A stretch of 64,000 nucleotides of DNA. Origin: Bacteroidota bacterium. GTDB taxonomy: Bacteria > Bacteroidota > Bacteroidia > JABEUT01. The stretch lies in NCBI GenBank assembly GCA_013285805.1, contig JABDGY010000002.1, positions 6,011 to 70,010 of the forward strand. Direction: 5' to 3'. Positions 60,301 through 64,000 of this stretch are shown piece by piece (position 1 is the stretch's first letter; the number at the start of each line of letters is the position of its first letter). The notes beneath the pieces are model-generated. The model was not told the DNA's origin. It was given only the letters and a program-made list of their open reading frames with translations, and did no database searches. The position numbers and the translations under genes are program-made.

Positions 60301-61301
60301 GAAGGGACTTTAGTAAGGTTAAGGCTATCGGTTGTGGCACCGCTATATACTCCGCCATTAATTACATTAACAAATCCGCTGCCGTTATTTACCTGCCATT
60401 GATACGAGGCATTATAAGCTGTTACACCGGTTGCAAAATATGTATCGGTAATAGGGCAAATAGAAACATTCTTCGGTTGCGACCAGATATAAGGACAGAT
60501 ACTATCTCCCTTGATAGATATATTATCGTACCTGTCGCTGCCTGTAATTAAAGTAGAATTCGGCCCGGCAAGGTAAAAACGAATAATAAAACCGGCATTA
60601 TTGTTAGCCGCGTTAGCCGTGGTGAAATCAATATTTACAGGATACCAGGCTTTTGTTGTTGTTACTGAATTAAGAGAAAGCAATGTATCGGGATACCTTA
60701 CTCCGCTAATATTAAAAGTGTCCATGGCCTGCGTAAGATTGTTCCATGTTGTGCCGCCATCGGTACTGTACGAAAAAATATTGTATTCCGCGCCCTTGTT
60801 ACTTGAAGCTGATACAGCATAGTCAAGCAGAATATTCATATAACCTGTTGTAGGTACATACATATATAAATATGAATTGAGCGATGGATTTCGTGCCCTT
60901 ATGCTGAGATTACCACTGCAAGCGCATGGCCCTGAAGCTGCCGTACTATCGCTAACCGTATAGTATGTATAATTTGTACTGCTGTAATCATAATAAAATG
61001 AACCATTAATCTCGTTATCTAAAACACTGTCGACCTTAGTAGCAGGCGCCTGTTTTGTTGCCGGCCTAGAATACACAATTTTTTCACCGCTCAGGGGAAG
61101 TGTTGTATAATCGGCAGGTAATGGGTGCGTTGTATTACCAAGGCTGTCGCCACTTCCACCTGCATCACCCAGGCCTGTAAGGGGGCTGGTATTGTTAAAG
61201 TCCCAGAAGTGTATCAGCTTTTTAACCTGGGCGCGGCTGCCAATAGTAACCCCGGAAAGAGCAGCAATAAAAAAAATTCTAAAAAGGTATTTTACCTTCA
61301 C
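57321..61301 (-). CDS. large (1326 aa) T9SS type-B C-terminal-domain surface protein with an N-terminal FWDFN-type domain and about 15 Ig-like repeats
   Basis: GTG start; N-terminal domain from KLIHFWDFN through YSTDGGTTWNNLTQAMDTFNISGVRYPDTLL; tandem repeats of about 72 aa (NPLP.VT....SVC.G..VTLTG.GA..YTWTGGVTNGV.F.P.ATQTYTVTGT); and the C-terminus FVPNVFSPNGDGHNDVLYV...[11 protein letters not shown]...GNVTLVK. Confidence 0.85.
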   Translation of the reverse strand: MKVKYLFRIFFIAALSGVTIGSRAQVKKLIHFWDFNNTSPLTGLGDAGGSGDSLGNTTHPLPADYTTLPLSGEKIVYSRPATKQAPATKVDSVLDNEINGSFYYDYSSTNYTYYTVSDSTAASGPCACSGNLSIRARNPSLNSYLYMYVPTTGYMNILLDYAVSASSNKGAEYNIFSYSTDGGTTWNNLTQAMDTFNISGVRYPDTLLSLNSVTTTKAWYPVNIDFTTANAANNNAGFIIRFYLAGPNSTLITGSDRYDNISIKGDSICPYIWSQPKNVSICPITDTYFATGVTAYNASYQWQVNNGSGFVNVINGGVYSGATTDSLNLTKVPSTMNGYTFRCIIICAACKNDTTTAATLTLNTWPVVTATATPDSICAGGGPVTVNAGGALTYTWTGGVTSGVPFTPAATQTYTVTGTNAGGCTDTAVVTVKVNPLPTVTGNALPSDSVCQGSSVTLSGGGAATYTWSGGVTNGVPFIPVANQTYTVTGTSVGGCVNTATVKIVLNPVPSVTATASPTTVCQGGNVTLTGGGATSYTWSGGVTNGVPFAIAATQTYTVTGTNSHGCTSKDSITVAVNPLPTVTANASKDSVCSGSNVILTGGGALSYTWTGGATNGIAFTPAATQTYTVTGTDSKGCTDTASIKIKVNPLPVVGTTALSADSVCAGGSVTLTGTGASTYTWTGGVTNAVAFTPVATQTYTVTGTNTSGCSSTANVTIKVNPLPVITVTPPAPTICFGSNINLTAGGASKYTWSPATSLTCTNCPNPVASPATTTSYEVIGTSISGCIDSAKVTVTVAPKITPAISGKDTICSGNSTTLTASGGSTYLWSTGAATAAITVSPAANKTYTVVATNGGCSDSTSVNIVVNPTPAASVSGIDSICTGSSTTLTASGGTTYAWSNGKTSASILVTPPSTTTYSVVVGNGLCTADTSITVTVLSIPVPGVTPPQAICAGSSATLTATGGTKYTWSTGAKTATISVTPLTASTYTVTVSNGACSKDTVTTVTVNPVPVPVLGGNTSICSGKFTILTASGGTSYLWSNGPATSADSVTPATTTTYTVQVSNGLCIKDTTVTVTVTPTPVPTVSPTQSICIGNSANLSASGAATYVWSPPAGLSSINIDDPVAKPAVTITYTVILANGVCTAEDSVKVIVNPLPVEVATPTPATINIGQSVTLTVSPQLPGSIYDWSPSGSLSCNTCPDPSANPLVNTTYYVITTDGNGCKTEDTVQVNVTDICGHLFVPNVFSPNGDGHNDVLYVYGLCVGSMDFIVYDRWGNKIFESMTQNQGWDGTYRGQPMNPDVYAYYLWAKLLDGTEVTKSGNVTLVK

Positions 61302-61533
61302 CTGTAGTTACGTTTATTAAAGCGCAATGTTATTAAGATTATATTATCTTAATATTAACTGGTTGTTAAGTAATACACAAAAGCCCCTGTTGCCCAGCGA
61401 CTAATGAACTAAACGCAAATTTACATTTTAGATGCGGTATCGTACTTTAACATTATGTTATGAAATTGTAAATAACGAAGAGGAACAGCTTATCAATTAT
61501 ATGTTTGCGGCAAAATTTATTATTACTAACCGT

Positions 61534-62901
61534 ATGAATCGTAAATACTTTATTATACTGCTGGCATCATTATTCATTACTCCGTATTTTAACAAATGCG
61601 CCGCACAGGATACGCTAAAAGTAGTGGCCTACAATACCCTTGATTATGGTAATTCTTGTCAAGGGTCTCATACCTTTTTGCAAACTAACTTCAAAAAAAT
61701 CGTACAATATATTGACCCGGATATTCTGGGCATGGTTAAAGTACAATCTATCCAACGTACATCGGCCGATGGCTGCGGCCTTTCCAATTTAGGTTTTGCC
61801 GATTCAATACTTACGTTTGTTTTCAACGCAGCTTACCCCGGGCAATATAATTACTGCCCATACACAAATGCCGCCTGTGCAAATAACATTGATCTTCTGT
61901 TTTACAATGTACATAAACTGGGATATGTTTCCTTAAACATTTTGACTAGCAATGGAGAGGATTTTGATCTTTATAAATTGTATTACCTGGACCCGAACCT
62001 ATCCACAACCCACGATTCTACTTTTTTATATGTAGTTCTCAATCACACCAACTCAAGCACGTTGGCAACACGTAACCAACAGGATTCCGATGTTGTCAAT
62101 TCACTGAAAAAAATCTTCTATCACTTGCCTAACCTTATAAGCATGGGCGATTTTAATGTGGCTACAAGCACAGAAGCAGGTTATGAATTATATACCTCAA
62201 CTACTGATACAAGCTTTCTATTTGATGACCCTCCATTTTCGCCTGATGGTAAATTCACCTACCCTTTAAACTGGGATAAGGATGCCGCATGTGCAGCATA
62301 TCTTAATACATCTACCCGCTCCTCTGCCACTATACCTAATAGTTGCGGTGCTAGTGGAGGCGCCAAAGACTGGATTGAACATATCTTCTTGTCAAAATGG
62401 ATTACTGATAGTATAGATTATGTATCGTACATTAAAGACTCTTATACAACAATTGGTAATGACGGAAAACATTTTGAACTCTCGATAAACGACAGTACCG
62501 GAGGGCCTAAAAATACCTACGCACCTTCAAGTGTAATAAATGCCCTTTATGCGTTTTCCGATAAATATCCAATTATGGTTAAGTTGAAGGTTAACCCCAA
62601 CACAACCGGTACAGGGCCCGTGAATCCTGTAAATGGAGTAAATGAGGTTGCAGCGTTAACTGAGAAAGTTACGGTAAATAACCCCATGCACAATATTATT
62701 ACATTACACTATCCTAATGCATTCATGGGTAAAAAAGTGTGCATAACACTTTACGATGTTTGCGGCCGCTTATTACTTACTGATAATTCTTCAGTAACCG
62801 ACGGCATGCAGCAATTACCTATTAACCTGGTAAAGGGAATTTATATGTTGCGCTTAGTAGTTGATGGATGCGCAACAACTGTAAAGTTGATTAACCAGTA
62901 A
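61534..62901 (+). CDS. secreted endonuclease/exonuclease/phosphatase (EEP)-fold protein with a T9SS type-A C-terminal sorting domain
   Basis: Signal peptide from Met at 61534; EEP-like motifs VVAYNTL, MGDFNV and EHIF; and the C-terminal sorting domain NPMHNIITLHYPNAF...GIYMLRLVVDGCATTVKLINQ. Confidence 0.55.
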   Translation: MNRKYFIILLASLFITPYFNKCAAQDTLKVVAYNTLDYGNSCQGSHTFLQTNFKKIVQYIDPDILGMVKVQSIQRTSADGCGLSNLGFADSILTFVFNAAYPGQYNYCPYTNAACANNIDLLFYNVHKLGYVSLNILTSNGEDFDLYKLYYLDPNLSTTHDSTFLYVVLNHTNSSTLATRNQQDSDVVNSLKKIFYHLPNLISMGDFNVATSTEAGYELYTSTTDTSFLFDDPPFSPDGKFTYPLNWDKDAACAAYLNTSTRSSATIPNSCGASGGAKDWIEHIFLSKWITDSIDYVSYIKDSYTTIGNDGKHFELSINDSTGGPKNTYAPSSVINALYAFSDKYPIMVKLKVNPNTTGTGPVNPVNGVNEVAALTEKVTVNNPMHNIITLHYPNAFMGKKVCITLYDVCGRLLLTDNSSVTDGMQQLPINLVKGIYMLRLVVDGCATTVKLINQ

Positions 62902-63081
62902 CACGGTTAACCTGAAAAAAACTCCGGGGCTCTCCAGAATGTCTACAGGATTGACATTAATTATTGACATGTTTAATGTTAAGAAACTGTTATCATTATT
63001 ATGTAATTATTATATCTAATTAGTAGCTACCTATTTACAATCATATAAAAATACTTTTGTGCGCAATTATAAAAACCTATT

Positions 63082-64000
63082 ATGAAAAGCAGAAAATACA
63101 GTGCTGGTATTTTACTCAGTTCACTATTTTTAATACTATCCTTTACTGCAACAGCAGGTACTATTAAAGGACATGTGAGAGATTCACTAAGCAAAGAAAA
63201 TTTAACCGGGGCAACTGTTTACCTGAAAGAAAATAACCAATTAAATGATGGCGTAGGCCTTGAAGGTTCTTATGCCATTAAAAATGTTCCGGCAGGAACA
63301 TATACTGTTGTGGTGCAGTTTTTCGGCTATACTCAGCTTGAAAAAACAGTAACGCTTACAGATGCACAGCAAACTGTAACAATTGACTTTGCAATGTCAT
63401 CACAGGCTCAAACCCTTGGTCAGATAAATGTAGTAGGTAATTATGACCAGGGTTCGGATAACTATGCCCGCAGCGCGGAAAAAACCTCAGATTATCTTTT
63501 AAACATAGTATCAGCCAAGACTATGTTGTTACTTCCCGATATAACTGTAGGCGATGTACTTCAACGTGTATCGGGTATTGTAACCCAAAAATCGGTGACA
63601 GGTGGCGGAAAATATGTGGTTATACGTGGTATGGATAAAAGATACAGCTATGTAACCGTTAATGGTGTAAAAGTTGCCAGCCCCGATTATGAAAATAAAT
63701 ACGTTCCCTTAGATTTATTCCCTTCCGGAATGCTTGACAGACTTGAGGTTATTAAAACCCTGCGCCCTGACATGGAAGGCGATGCTGTAGGCGGCGTTAT
63801 GAACCTTGTATTAAAGAACCCTCCTTTAGACTATAAAATTATTGATGCCGAGCTTTCAGGAGGTTATGCGCAGAACCTTTTCAGCAATAATTTCAATGGT
63901 ATTAACGCCAGTGCAATTAATGCTAAATCACCGGAAGCTATAAATGGCACCTCATACGTTGCTACACCTAATGATTTTCCTACACAGCCATTTATCTATA
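63082..64000 (+). CDS. TonB-dependent receptor (N-terminal part only; continues past the right edge) with a carboxypeptidase-regulatory-like domain and plug domain
   Basis: Translated by hand from ATG 63082: MKSRKYSAGILLSSLFLILSFTATAGTIKGHVRD...YAIKNVPAGTYTVVVQFFGY (CarbopepD_reg), then DVLQRVSGIVTQ...VVIRGMDKRYSYVTVNGVKV (plug). No stop before position 64000. Confidence 0.75.
   Translation, partial: MKSRKYSAGILLSSLFLILSFTATAGTIKGHVRDSLSKENLTGATVYLKENNQLNDGVGLEGSYAIKNVPAGTYTVVVQFFGYTQLEKTVTLTDAQQTVTIDFAMSSQAQTLGQINVVGNYDQGSDNYARSAEKTSDYLLNIVSAKTMLLLPDITVGDVLQRVSGIVTQKSVTGGGKYVVIRGMDKRYSYVTVNGVKVASPDYENKYVPLDLFPSGMLDRLEVIKTLRPDMEGDAVGGVMNLVLKNPPLDYKIIDAELSGGYAQNLFSNNFNGINASAINAKSPEAINGTSYVATPNDFPTQPFIY

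Noticed and set aside
57802-60402. Several plus-strand ORFs (60-201 aa) rich in V/T/A inside the 57321..61301 gene
   Set aside because: These are antisense artefacts of the Thr/Gly/Val-rich Ig-like repeat coding region and are fully contained in the long minus-strand gene.

Overview
This 64-kb window looks like a Bacteroidota chromosome segment, with roughly 40% GC, T9SS C-terminal sorting domains, PorP/SprF genes and lipoprotein signals. It is dense with cell-surface and secretion cargo. The main features are: (1) on the minus strand at 19.3-28.9 kb, a 2164-aa collagen-like, tail-fiber-domain protein ending in a Peptidase-S74-type intramolecular chaperone, followed by a T9SS type-B-CTD protein and a PorP/SprF gene. 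(2) A second type-B-CTD protein plus PorP/SprF pair at 56.2-61.3 kb. (3) Large T9SS type-A-CTD proteins built from SprB repeats, GloVer repeats, and a recurring uncharacterised N-terminal domain marked by FWDFN. (4) An 18-bp motif, TCTGTAGGAnnTCTGTAG, found in three intergenic regions, each upstream of one of these surface-protein genes. (5) Two TPR-TM-SpoIIE (PP2C) sensor phosphatases, one with a PAS domain and followed by a DUF1987/SiaC-like gene, which looks like a partner-switching module. (6) A TPR-LytS/LytTR two-component system lying between the adhesin genes. (7) A TolC-MFP-RND-RND efflux operon with tandem duplicated RND permeases. Housekeeping genes include tRNA-Cys, a DEAD-box helicase, an M3 peptidyl-dipeptidase, an ArsR/SRPBCC pair, a MarR/MFS/isochorismatase operon, and partial ABC-transporter and TonB-receptor genes at the window edges. 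All calls come from reading the ORF translations and the DNA directly; no database searches were run.
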